DNA of 63,966 bases, filler included, from Lama guanicoe (lineage: Eukaryota), in the NCBI GenBank assembly GCA_013239625.1. It is 83 parts of 80 records of this genome, joined end to end, with 100 filler letters (N's around TTAATTAATTAA, not from the genome) between each part and the next. Parts side by side here need not be neighbours in the genome. Positions count along the whole stretch, not along the records: positions 24,357 to 25,058 come from MU053997.1; positions 25,159 to 25,631 come from PNXV01004886.1; positions 25,732 to 26,134 come from PNXV01004887.1; positions 26,235 to 26,694 come from PNXV01004888.1; positions 26,795 to 27,468 come from MU053998.1; positions 27,569 to 28,286 come from PNXV01004897.1; positions 28,387 to 28,929 come from PNXV01004898.1; positions 29,030 to 29,499 come from PNXV01004899.1; 75 more parts are not named here. One strand, given 5' to 3'. Positions 24,580-36,100 of this stretch are shown piece by piece (positions within the stretch are counted from its first letter, which is position 1; each line of letters begins with the position of its first letter). Under the pieces are notes generated by a model. That model had not been told where the DNA came from. It searched no databases and saw nothing but the letters and a program-made list of their open reading frames with translations. The position numbers and the translations under genes were made by a program.

Positions 24580-24722
24580 GTGAGGCTGGGAGCTGTGAAC
24601 GCTGGCGGATGTGTCCCAAGGACCCGAACAAGAGGCTCCGGAGGGTGGTTAGCAGCCCCTGGGGTGAGGCTGTGTGTTTATGGCTCAGGGATTCCAGTCT
24701 GAACTAGAGGTTTCCCTTCCAG

Positions 24723-24794
24723 GTGGTGAAACTGTGTTTGGGGACAGTCACTCTGGACCAGGTCAAGGACCAAACAGACATCAGTTGTAATAAG
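24723..24794 (+). CDS. Cathelicidin exon 3: VVKLCLGTVTLDQVKDQTDISCNK
   Basis: It is 72 bp, the canonical exon-3 length, with acceptor tttcccttccag and donor gtgagt. It carries cathelin Cys3 and Cys4 and follows a 143-bp intron 2. Confidence 0.96.
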
Positions 24795-24949
24795 GTGAGT
24801 GGCCGTTCTTGTTTTGAGCTGCTCCGGGGAGAGGTGTGGAACATCATTTGGACCAGTTTTGTTCTTTTTCATTCAGGGCTTCCCACCCTGGCTCCCCCAT
24901 CACCTGAGCCCAAGTCCCCAGCCTGGGCTCTATTCAGACCTACCAAAGT

Positions 24950-25026
24950 TGGGGTGGGTCCCAGAAATTTGTATTTTAAGAAGTCCTCCTGGGGATTCTG
25001 ACTGTGCTGAAGTTTGAGAGGCACTG
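24950..25026 (+). mobile_element. MER5A-like hAT-Charlie terminus in cathelicidin intron 3
   Basis: cccagaaatttgtattttaagaagtcctcc...gattctga...aagtttgagaggcactg resembles the MER5A end. Confidence 0.65.
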
Positions 25027-25158
25027 ACTATAGTAATGGGATTTCTGCCTCTGCTCTGNNNNNNNNNNNNNNNNNNNNNNNNNNNNNNNNNNNNNNNNNN
25101 NNTTAATTAATTAANNNNNNNNNNNNNNNNNNNNNNNNNNNNNNNNNNNNNNNNNNNN

Positions 25159-25631
25159 TTGGCAACTGAAATGATACTTTGTGTTCTTTTCAACCTAGGT
25201 GAAGTACTGCTTTCACTCACACTTATCTCTCAGAACTGAGCATTCGGAGAGACGTTCTTTCATCCAGCACAAAGAGAAAAGGTTGCAGGAGAAACACTTA
25301 CTCTGTTTTCTCAGTCTGTTTCCTTGTGCCGGTTTGAAGTGCCTGCCGTTTTCACTGTAAATCCGTTTTGGAGCTTATACCTCCCTATATATATGTATGG
25401 AGTGGAGTTGTCAACTGAAAGGAAACTTTGTGTTCCCTTGAAGCAATATGAAGTTAGGCTTTCACACACTCTGATCTCTCAGAACTGAGCATGTGGAGAG
25501 ACGTTCGTTCATCCAGCACAAGTGGAAAGGGTTGACGGAGATACACCTGTTCTGGTTTCCCAGTCTGTTTCCTAGTGCCGGCTTGAATTGCCTACCGTTT
25601 TCACTGTAAAACCGAGTTGGAGCTTGTACCT
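25159..25631 (+). repeat. Satellite B
   Basis: Same monomer as 22484-23582; about two copies. Confidence 0.95.
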
Positions 25632-26234
25632 NNNNNNNNNNNNNNNNNNNNNNNNNNNNNNNNNNNNNNNNNNNNTTAATTAATTAANNNNNNNNNNNNN
25701 NNNNNNNNNNNNNNNNNNNNNNNNNNNNNNNTATTTACGTGTATCCGCTGCTTCATCTTGGATTTTAATTTCTAGCTGAGCCAATTTGTAGCGGCAGCCT
25801 CATCCTACAACAGGAATTTATAGTATATGCTCTTTGAGGTGAAGACCTGACAGACTTGATTATTTAACAGTCTCCCTTGAATTGATATCTCAGGTTCCTT
25901 TGTCAAAAGCAAAACAGCAGAAATACAGACGTCCTTTAAAGCCAATGTGACCTGGAACGGGTTTAGTCTCTGTGCCTCAGTGGCCTTGTATGCGGGTGGG
26001 GAAGATGATAACAGTGCTTCCCTCAGAGGAGGTGGTGAGGGGAGAGTGAGAAACGCAAATGGAGGACTTACCTGAGATGCTCATTAATGACCGAATTTAC
26101 TGCACTCAGCCTGGTGAGGCCTCAGGGGCAGAGANNNNNNNNNNNNNNNNNNNNNNNNNNNNNNNNNNNNNNNNNNNNTTAATTAATTAANNNNNNNNNN
26201 NNNNNNNNNNNNNNNNNNNNNNNNNNNNNNNNNN

Positions 26235-26694
26235 TATACACTGTTTTCAAACCCTCTTTCTCCCTTCTTTTAAAATTCTCTCTTATTTTTTTCTTTTTTC
26301 CTAAGTTCTATTCCTAAATACGCATTAGAAAGATAAAATCCTTAAGATTCAAAATAGACAACTGATACTCCATAAACCACAATGCCAGAGAGGTATGAGC
26401 AAGACGAAGAAGCAGAGAAACCTTTCCCAATTAAAAGAACAAGAGAAATCCCCTGAAAGAAAGATCAATGAAATAGACATCGATAGCCTACTAGATCAAG
26501 ATTTAAAAAAAGGAGTGATCAAATTGCTGAAGGAATTGAAAGAGATAGTGTTTAGAGATATAAAATATGTCAAAAATGAAATTGAAGCTATAAAGAAGAG
26601 CCAAGTAGAATGGGTAAACTCATTGACAACAGCTGTGCAAAGCCTACTAGATAATGCAGAGGAACGAACTAGTGATCTAGAAGACAGGGCAATA
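26235..26694 (+). mobile_element. LINE-1 5'UTR end and ORF1 start (ATG at 26395)
   Basis: MSKTKKQRNLSQLKEQEKSPE...LDNAEERTSDLED is an ORF1p N-terminus with coiled coil, preceded by a T-rich UTR. It is homologous to 30770-31005. Confidence 0.9.
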
Positions 26695-26794
26695 NNNNNN
26701 NNNNNNNNNNNNNNNNNNNNNNNNNNNNNNNNNNNNNNTTAATTAATTAANNNNNNNNNNNNNNNNNNNNNNNNNNNNNNNNNNNNNNNNNNNN

Positions 26795-27468
26795 TGTGCA
26801 CTCTGTGGGTTTGGACAGATGTACAATGACATGTATCCACCATCACAGCATCATACAGAGTAGTCTGTCTTAGTGACCTTAAAATGCTCCGTGCTGCACC
26901 TCATTCATTACTCCTTCCCCTCTAGCCTCTGACAGCCACTGATCTTTTAGTCTCTGTGGTTTTCCCTTTCCCAGAACACCATACAGTTGGAATCAGACAG
27001 TTGCAGAACCTTCCCAGATTGGCTTCTTTCACTTAGTAATATGCACTTAAGGTTCCTCCATGTCTTTCCATGCCTTGATAACTCATTTCATTTTAGCACC
27101 AAATAATAGTCCATTTTCTGGCTGGACCACAGTTTATCCATTCACCTACTGAAGAAGAGCTTAGTTGCTTCTGAGTTCTGGTGATTATGAATAAAGTTGC
27201 TATTAACATCTGTATGCAGATTTGTGTGTGGACATAAGTTTCCATTTTGTCGAGTAAACACCGAGGAACACATTTGCCGGATCATATGTTAGGAGTACGT
27301 TTAGTTTTGTAAAAAATTGCCAGACTGTCTTCCAAAGTATCTAGGCCATTTTACATTCCCACCAACAATGCATGAAATTCCTGACGCTCCACATCCTCAC
27401 CAGCATTTGGTGCTGTCATTGTTCTGCGTTTTGGCAGTTCTGACAGGTGTGCAGTGGTACCACGCTGT
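26795..27468 (-). mobile_element. Old L1M (L1MC-like) 3' region, antisense
   Basis: gattggcttctttcacttagtaatatgc, ggaccacagtttatccattcacctactgaag and ccattttacattcccaccaacaatg are ancestral L1M 3' motifs. Confidence 0.85.
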
Positions 27469-28386
27469 NNNNNNNNNNNNNNNNNNNNNNNNNNNNNNNN
27501 NNNNNNNNNNNNTTAATTAATTAANNNNNNNNNNNNNNNNNNNNNNNNNNNNNNNNNNNNNNNNNNNNTCAACCCTGGCAGATGTGATGGTGGTCAGTGT
27601 GCTGGTGGGCAGTTACTCGGGGACTCCCAGGAGTCATGCTGATTCTCCTGAGTCTCTCATTTGGGGTTACAGAACTGTCGAGCACCGGAGGAAGCCCATT
27701 CACCTGAGGTCAACACAGCATTACATCACTTTCATTTTATTTTTGAATTTTCAGTGGAGAAATTATTTGCAGCAAACTGTTCCACATTTTAGGCTGCCTG
27801 CTTTCCTCACCACCATTTCCTTGTTGGCTCTGGTGCTTGTTTAAGAACCAGGTTTCTTCTCTGGTCATTTGTAGCAGCTGGGCTTGCCGAATCCTGGATT
27901 TGCATTTGAAGCAGAATGCTTCTTCGTGATGTCAAACTGATTTTCCTTGTCATGTCTGAATATTTCGTGTACACTCAGCAACAGTTTCAAGTGAAATGCT
28001 CTTGTCCAATTTCAGTTAACTGGTATTTGCTGATCTCCTGCTTTCATGATGAGGGCTGTTTCTTCTTCCTGTAATAAAAGTTAGCAATTTGCATTTACTA
28101 TGGAAAGTACTAGACCGATGTGCTTTTGTTCTTAACAGTTTTAATACAATTCACCCATTAAAATGTACGGCAGATTTTACTCTATGCCCAGAAATGTGCA
28201 TCCCAGGCAATCTTAGAACATTTTCATCCCCCCAACAGGAAAACCGGTACGCATAAGCTGACATTATCAACTTCCCCATCCTCCCCNNNNNNNNNNNNNN
28301 NNNNNNNNNNNNNNNNNNNNNNNNNNNNNNTTAATTAATTAANNNNNNNNNNNNNNNNNNNNNNNNNNNNNNNNNNNNNNNNNNNN

Positions 28387-28929
28387 CCCCATATATATGT
28401 ATGGAGTGGATTTTGCAAGTGACAAGAAACTTTGTATTCCCTTGATGCTAGGTGAAGGACGGCTTTCACACACACTTATCTCTCAGAACTGAGCATGTGG
28501 TGTGACGTTCTTTCATCCTGCAGAAAGGGTACAGGTTGCAGGAGAAACCTTAACTCCGGTTTCTCAGTCTGTTTCCTAGTTCCGGTTTGAAGTTCCTGTG
28601 GTTTGCACTGTAAAACCGAGTTGGAGCTTGTTCCTCCCCATATATATGTGTGGAGTGGAGTTTGCAAGTGACAAGAAACTTTGTGGTCCCTTGAAGGTAG
28701 GTGAAGGACGGCTTTCACACACACTTACCTCTCAGAATGAGCATGTGGAGAAACGTTCGTTCATCCAGTACAAAGGGAACGGGTTGCAGGGGAAACACTT
28801 ACTCTGGTTTCTCTGTCGGTTTCCTAGAGCCGGTTCGACGTTCTTGCATTTTGCACTGTAAACCCGAGTTGCAGCTTGTGCCTCCGCATATATATGTATG
28901 GTGTGGAGTTTGCAACTGAAAAGAAACTT
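28387..28929 (+). repeat. Satellite B
   Basis: ccccatatatatgt occurs at 28387 and 28636 (249 apart), and again at about 28884. Confidence 0.96.
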
Positions 28930-29029
28930 NNNNNNNNNNNNNNNNNNNNNNNNNNNNNNNNNNNNNNNNNNNNTTAATTAATTAANNNNNNNNNNNNNNN
29001 NNNNNNNNNNNNNNNNNNNNNNNNNNNNN

Positions 29030-29499
29030 TCCCTGATGGTTTGCCTAGGCCAGTGTGTGGTTGAAAGTGGGATTTGAACTCTAAAACAAAGTATCAGCGT
29101 GTGCCGCTCCATGGGTAGTTGAGATGTTTAAACTACAACCCACAAATTGGGAATTACTCTGACCCCAGAAAAATGCCTGTTCTTTGCTTCCCCACCTCCA
29201 GCACACACACGAAATTTTCTATTATCCTGAGTGTGGGGAGGCACTTGCAAATTACAATAGCAGGTGGGATCTAATTGGATCCATTAGATTGACTTCCCTG
29301 AGTATTTTCCTTGGCCGGGTTTTGAGCGAAGTTATGTGTTGTGCTCTAAAACCAAGTATGAGCGAGTTCCTATCTTTTGGCAGTGGAGGTGGTTAAAGTA
29401 TATCCCCAACCTGGGAACACCTGTGCCCAAGATAAAGATGTGTGGACTCAGTTTCCACACCTCCAGCAAACCCACGAACACTTGCACAGTTATCCTGAG
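29030..29499 (+). repeat. Satellite C
   Basis: 29030-29395 is a close reverse complement of 9649-9995. Confidence 0.9.
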
Positions 29500-30159
29500 N
29501 NNNNNNNNNNNNNNNNNNNNNNNNNNNNNNNNNNNNNNNNNNNTTAATTAATTAANNNNNNNNNNNNNNNNNNNNNNNNNNNNNNNNNNNNNNNNNNNNT
29601 TTCAACAGTTTCTTTGGGTGTGTTTTTAAATGCTACTATACTATTTGGTTTAAAGGGGGAAAAATACGAAATCAGGGACAATAAATATAGATACCTCAAA
29701 CTGGTAAAGTGTTTACAACAGTAAAAGAAATAATTTGAGTCAGTAACCATCAAAGGTAAAGAATAAAAATAAAACAATAATAAAGGAAGCTGCTATCAGC
29801 GGAAAAAGGACTAAATTATACCTGAGATGTTTTCTTTTTATTTGAAGTAGAGTAGATTTACTATATTGTGTAGTTTCAGATGTACAGCATAGTTATTATA
29901 ACCACTTTGTAGACTATAAAGCATTATGAATTATTACAATGATTGTAACACACAATTATTTTAAGCTATTGTGTATAATTCCATGATCTATACAGACTAT
30001 CAATGTTGCTAATCTCCTGTATGTATACTATTTTCTCTCTCTCAATGTTCTACCATTAAAATCTCTTTCCCTTCTCTTTGGTAAACATAAACATTTTCCC
30101 ATATCTTTGAGTCTCTTAAGTCTTGTCTATCTAAACCCTTTACAACTCCATCATGTCAA

Positions 30160-30160
<1 letters not shown>

Positions 30161-30201
<41 letters not shown>
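30161..30201. repeat. (ATCT)n tetranucleotide microsatellite
   Basis: About 10 perfect units running into the gap. Confidence 0.95.
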
Positions 30202-30301
30202 NNNNNNNNNNNNNNNNNNNNNNNNNNNNNNNNNNNNNNNNNNNNTTAATTAATTAANNNNNNNNNNNNNNNNNNNNNNNNNNNNNNNNNNNNNNNNNNN
30301 N

Positions 30302-31005
30302 TGACCATGGTGCTGGGAGAGGGCAAGATGCACAATCCTGCCTGGTCAGTCTGCAACAACTGACTGCAGCATTGAGCAGGGCAATGACAAGCCAGCCCAG
30401 AGTCAAGTGAGCTGCACCTAATCCAGTGTTGGTTGTAGGAGTGATCTGCTTGATGATGTGCCCTGGGAGCAGCACAGATGAGTGATCCAATGGAGGGCCT
30501 ATGGAAACAGCAAGCTTAGCTTCCAAAACAGGATGAAAACAGAATGACTTCACATTAAATGTACACTGTCTCCAGGAGGACACAAACAACCCCTTGTTTT
30601 AAACTGTTTTATCTGTTCCATTTTCTATTATCCTCTTAATTTTTACTTCTTAGGCAATTATATATACCCCCATTTCAATCTTTTTGAAAATTTTTAAAAT
30701 ATTATTATTATTTTTGAAAACTCTGCTTCAACTTGCATTAATATTATTCATTATACAATGTTTTCAAAGCTTTATCTCTCCCTTTTTTAAAATTATTTAC
30801 CTCTCTCTCTTTTTTCCTATTTTCTAAGTTGTATTACTACATAGGCATTAGGTAGATATACTCATTTGGGACCAGGGTAGATAACTGATACTCCTTAAAC
30901 CACAGTGCCAGTGATGTAGTAGTAATATGAAGAAGCAGAGAAAGCATTCACAATTAAAAGAACAAGAGAAATATCCTGCAAGGATGATCAGTGAAATAGA
31001 CATCG
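30302..31005 (+). mobile_element. LINE-1 5'UTR plus ORF1 start (diverged copy)
   Basis: The 3' part aligns with 26235-26482 (aactgatactcc.taaaccaca.tgccag; gaagaagcagagaaa...caattaaaagaacaagagaaat; gaaatagacatcg). Confidence 0.85.
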
Positions 31006-31105
31006 NNNNNNNNNNNNNNNNNNNNNNNNNNNNNNNNNNNNNNNNNNNNTTAATTAATTAANNNNNNNNNNNNNNNNNNNNNNNNNNNNNNNNNNNNNNN
31101 NNNNN

Positions 31106-31560
31106 CATGGAATGCAGAACACAGAATTTAGAATATAGAATACTGAATACTAAAAAAAGAATTTACAATAAAGAATGTAGAACACAGAGTATACAATATA
31201 GAATACGGAATACTGAATATAGAATTTAGAATGTAGAACACAGAGTATAGAATATAGAATATGGAATACTGAATATAGAATTTAGAATATAGAATATAGG
31301 AAACAGAATATAGAATATAGACACAGAAAATAGAATATAGAATACGGAATGCAAAATATACAATACAGAATATAGAATGTACAGCACAGAATGAACAACA
31401 TGGAAAACAGAATACAGAACCGAGAATTTAGAACATGGAATTCAAAACACAGAGTTTTGAATATAGAAAGAATATAGAAAATACTGAATAAAGTAAACAG
31501 AATATACAATATAGAACACAGAATATAGAATATAGTCTAGAGATTATAGAACCCAGAATT
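31106..31560 (-). repeat. AT-rich 7-bp-based satellite
   Basis: TAGAATA-type tandem array. Confidence 0.93.
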
Positions 31561-33611
31561 NNNNNNNNNNNNNNNNNNNNNNNNNNNNNNNNNNNNNNNN
31601 NNNNTTAATTAATTAANNNNNNNNNNNNNNNNNNNNNNNNNNNNNNNNNNNNNNNNNNNNGTAAGTGAAATGCAGTGAGTGATGAAGTGAGAGCTCTTTG
31701 TCTCTGGTAATGCCCTTTCCTCCCTTGCTGTGTTAACTTGATATTCCCTTCATATATTATGTTCTCCATTTAATTTACAGCAGTTAATATCAGTTGTTCT
31801 TCAATATCTCCTTGCACCCGCCCCCTCCATCCCCTCTCTCTCCAGTGTTATCCCACCCACGCCTCTCCTGAACGCCTCTCCTGCACTCTCCAGGACCAGG
31901 CCTGTCTCCCCCACGCCCTCACCTCTGTTCTGTCTGCCCACCACCTGCACTGACATTTCCGTAACTCCGCAGAATGAACTTTCCAAAATGGCAGCTAGTA
32001 ACTGGTGGGGGGGATTGTAGACCTCTCATCTCTTTACCGATTCATTCGTTCTATCCAAAAAACACTGAGCACCTGCTATGCCAAACACTGTATCAAATGC
32101 TGGGGAGACCAAGACAGGTAAGACTTGGTGTCTGCACTCCCCAGGCCAGGCGAGACTTGGCGAGTAGTTGATGGATTGCTAAGCAGGTGAACACAAATTG
32201 GACTTCCTAGAGCTGGAAATATTTGAACTGAATTTTGAAAGGTGAAAGGAAGTTAGCTCTATAATGTGTGGTAGAGGGAGTGGACACTTCATGCAGAGAG
32301 GTAGAGACACATAGAGTACACGGCATGAAGCGGCTTGGACAGACTGAAGAACAACAAGTAGGGTTAGAACAAAGTATCCAAGGTGGGAATATCTGGTGCA
32401 CAAGGCCTCTGTCACGATGGGTCTTGTGTGCTTAGACTTGAATGTATCCTTAAAGAAACAGGGATATATTGGAATATATGTAAGCAAGAGAATTGCATAA
32501 TGTTTATGTTGAAGAATATCTGGTTATACTGGCAGCAGAATCGAAGATACTATTTTTGGGGGGAGGCCCATATTTTGGGGGGAAAAGATATTTCAGGCAC
32601 CACCCCAGGTAACCCAGACAACAAGTGGCACACGCNNNNNNNNNNNNNNNNNNNNNNNNNNNNNNNNNNNNNNNNNNNNTTAATTAATTAANNNNNNNNN
32701 NNNNNNNNNNNNNNNNNNNNNNNNNNNNNNNNNNNCTTGGCCCAGAGAGGCCTCATCTAGACCCTCCAGCAGCCCAGGATACTTGATATCTTGTATTCCA
32801 CATATTTGTCACCTGGGATACACTTTTCAGAATATCTCCTACGTATCCTTGAGACATTATGTCTTTTCTGCGATAACATAAATTAGGTCCCCTTTGTAAA
32901 ATCTATCACTTGACATGTTGTTAAATAATAATAATAATAATAATCAGAAAAGTCCTGTGTTTGTGGTGAACATGAGGTTGTAACATTCTGCTGAATACAA
33001 TACTCACTGTTATACTTTTATAGTTGTATAATGGGTATATTTTTGCTGAATATCTTTCAGGTTAAGAAATATTATGTTGCTTTAATTTCCTTAAATCAAA
33101 TCACTTGTATATTAACACCTCTTCCTTATGTGGTGAGAAATATTTATTCTATTCAGCCCAGTTACTCAATAGGGAGATGTTTCCTCCTCACTGGCATTTT
33201 TATATTTGACCCTTGGGGACTTTCACTGGCTGGTATGTTAGACAATGCACTCCCCTACACACACACTCTCTCCCTGACATGATCTATTCAGCACATAATC
33301 TTGGGTCTCTGCTCATTTTGAAAGCATCCAAACTAGTTGGCATTCACATAGACAGAATTGAGGTTGTCAGGCTCCAAGCCAAAAACCTATGTCTAATTTA
33401 AGTCCAACTATAGGCAATTGCAAAGGATTTAATTGAGGAAACTCACAAGGGAAAGCTGCTCAGCCCAGCCAATGAATTGCAGTCTCAGAACCCAAGGCCC
33501 CTGGTCATGCANNNNNNNNNNNNNNNNNNNNNNNNNNNNNNNNNNNNNNNNNNNNTTAATTAATTAANNNNNNNNNNNNNNNNNNNNNNNNNNNNNNNNN
33601 NNNNNNNNNNN

Positions 33612-34005
33612 GCTCCGTCGCCTGTACATTGTCCACGGTCCCTGGGCTGGGGTAGGTCCCAACTCCTGCCTACCGGTTGCTTCGAGGGTGTGGAGCACCC
33701 GGGGGCTCACATGCAGCCCCCCGGGAACGGCACGGGGTCCTGGCGCCCCCTCCTNNNNNNNNNNNNNNNNNNNNNNNNNNNNNNNNNNNNNNNNNNNNNN
33801 NNNNNNNNNNNNNNNNNNNNNNNNNNNNNNNNNNNNNNNNNNNNNNNNNNNNNNNNNNNNNNNNNNNGAGGCCCCCACCCACAGAGGCTCCACGGCCTTG
33901 GGGCAGCGCTCGTAGAGCGCCAGCCCATGCGAGAAGTCGGCCACCTCGTCTTCCAACCCGTGGATGATGAGCACCGGCGACGTCAGCTTGGGCCCCTTCT
34001 CCATG
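33612..34005 (-). pseudogene. ABHD17A: Diverged ABHD17A-like terminal exon and 3'UTR (probable duplicated, unprocessed pseudogene or paralog)
   Basis: [45 protein letters not shown] compares with ABHD17[51 protein letters not shown] acceptor lies at 34006-34008 with GC-rich intron-like sequence upstream. 33612-33754 resembles the ABHD17A 3'UTR as I recall it. Pseudogene status is inferred, not shown. Confidence 0.8.
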
Positions 34006-34397
34006 CTGTGCGATCGGGGAGTCACGTTAGGCCTCTGCGCCCCACCCCCGCTGAGGCCCCGCCCCCTGGGTCCCCGCCCCGCGCTNNNNNNNNNNNNNNN
34101 NNNNNNNNNNNNNNNNNNNNNNNNNNNNNTTAATTAATTAANNNNNNNNNNNNNNNNNNNNNNNNNNNNNNNNNNNNNNNNNNNNTTATTACTGTAAATC
34201 TTCTCACTTTAATTTTGTGTTTCTCAATATCCAGGCATTCTTTTTTAATCAGTCTACCCTATATCTACATATGTGAGAGGACCAAGACCCTGATTCAACA
34301 ATCATTCTTCCCAGAGAAAGCCCATGTCCTGGGATCTATAGGACCCAGCAGCATATATAAATATATACTTATCTACACTGGCACATTATAATCACTC

Positions 34398-34660
34398 ATA
34401 ATTACCTTTGGACTCACTCTTGGTGTTGAATACAATAATTACCTTTGGACTCACTCTTGGTGTTGAATACTCTATGTGTCTGGACAAGTGTACAATGGTA
34501 TTTATCCACTGTTACAGTACCACACACAATTGTTTCACTGCCCTAAAAATCCTCTATGCTTTACCTAATCAATCTTCCCTTTCTCAAAACACTTAGCAAC
34601 TTTTCATCTTTTTATTATCTCCACAGTATTGTTTTTTCCAGAATACCATGAGGTTGGAAT
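34398..34660 (-). mobile_element. Old L1M (L1MC-like) 3' end, antisense
   Basis: ggactcactcttggtgttg...ctatgtgtctggacaagtgtacaatg...tttcactgccctaaaaatcctctatgct is similar to 26795-27000. Confidence 0.75.
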
Positions 34661-35300
34661 CATATAATAAATANNNNNNNNNNNNNNNNNNNNNNNNNNN
34701 NNNNNNNNNNNNNNNNNTTAATTAATTAANNNNNNNNNNNNNNNNNNNNNNNNNNNNNNNNNNNNNNNNNNNNGAGGCGGAACAATGAGACCGCGGCTCA
34801 GGTGTGTCTTGCTGTTGCTGATAATTCCCTCAATTGGCTCACTGCTGACTCGGCAGTGCTGGGTAAAACCTGTGGATTTCCTCAACTCTGAGTTCTCTCT
34901 GAGGCTTCCGGCTCAGTCTGGAGCTGAGATGAGTTCCGTGTGCTTAGCCTAGGGGGGACTCAGATCTGAGAATAGCCTGGAATCCTGGAAAACTTCACGC
35001 AGGAACCCCTTGGGCTGGACCAGCGCTCACAGGGCTGCTGTGAGACCAGCTCCATCGTCAGAGACCTGGGCGTGGACCATTAGGGGAAAACGGCTGAGCC
35101 CGATGCCAAATCAGATAGGAGCGACAAAGTGTGTTTATTCTCATGTGACTAGGCTTTGTGGCCTGGCTCACGTGTGGCAGGCTCAGGATGGTGTCTGGCA
35201 NNNNNNNNNNNNNNNNNNNNNNNNNNNNNNNNNNNNNNNNNNNNTTAATTAATTAANNNNNNNNNNNNNNNNNNNNNNNNNNNNNNNNNNNNNNNNNNNN

Positions 35301-35701
35301 GTTTCTGAGTTGTGAGCATATGGATTAGTGAACTTTCATCCACCAAATATGGCATATATTTCACATTGAAACATTTACTCTGACTTCATAAGTTTTTTGT
35401 ATCACCAGGTTCTAAAATCGGACATTTGGCAGTAGAAAACACTCTTTGAGCGAATTCTCACCAATACACATGTAATTATGTAATTTACATTGTTTACATA
35501 ACCATGGCATTCCGTATTCCGAACATGTTTCATGCATCACAGATTCCTTAAATATGAATTTCCGAGCTTTGAACATGCGCATGCCAGATGTTTCAACCAC
35601 CAAAGAAGTTACTTATGCACTTTGAAATATTTCCTTGACTTCGTTGCTTATTCTATCACCAGTTTCAAGAATCACACTTTGATCAAAAAAAACCCTCTTG
35701 G
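35301..35701 (+). repeat. Satellite D: diverged ~241-257-bp tandem family
   Basis: tttc.gag.t.tga.cat...tttca.ccaccaaa occurs at 35302 and 35559. 35301-35472 matches 41195-41365. Confidence 0.8.
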
Positions 35702-35801
35702 NNNNNNNNNNNNNNNNNNNNNNNNNNNNNNNNNNNNNNNNNNNNTTAATTAATTAANNNNNNNNNNNNNNNNNNNNNNNNNNNNNNNNNNNNNNNNNNN
35801 N

Positions 35802-36100
35802 CTTCTACTTATTAGCATATGAAACCACCAAGCCCAAGACAGCCAGCAACACAGCGTCAACTCGAGGGCATCCCTCTCGCTCCCTCTTCGGGGAAGGCCC
35901 ACACTCAAGTCTGTGGAGTGTGTACCTAGTTTTAATCTGAGCATCAAACCCCCACACGTCGTGATGTTTCTCTTGCCTTTCAATGTATCTCTCTGAATAA
36001 ATCTATCTTTACTCAACACTGGCTTGCTCTTGAATACTTTACTGCAAGAACAAAATCTGGTGGGGAACATCCCAGGGGCTAAACCAAATCCTGGGACACA
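35802..36100 (+). mobile_element. ERV1-type LTR fragment (R/U5 region)
   Basis: gtctgtggagtgtgtacc...tctctgaataaatctatctttactcaacactggcttgctcttgaatacttt is a typical ERV1 LTR polyA-signal/U5 context. Confidence 0.65.

Noticed and set aside
28745..28775. TTCG...CGGG in satellite B as a possible CENP-B box
   Set aside because: The spacing does not fit TTCGNNNNANNCGGG. I found no canonical box by eye, and a motif scan would be needed to exclude one.
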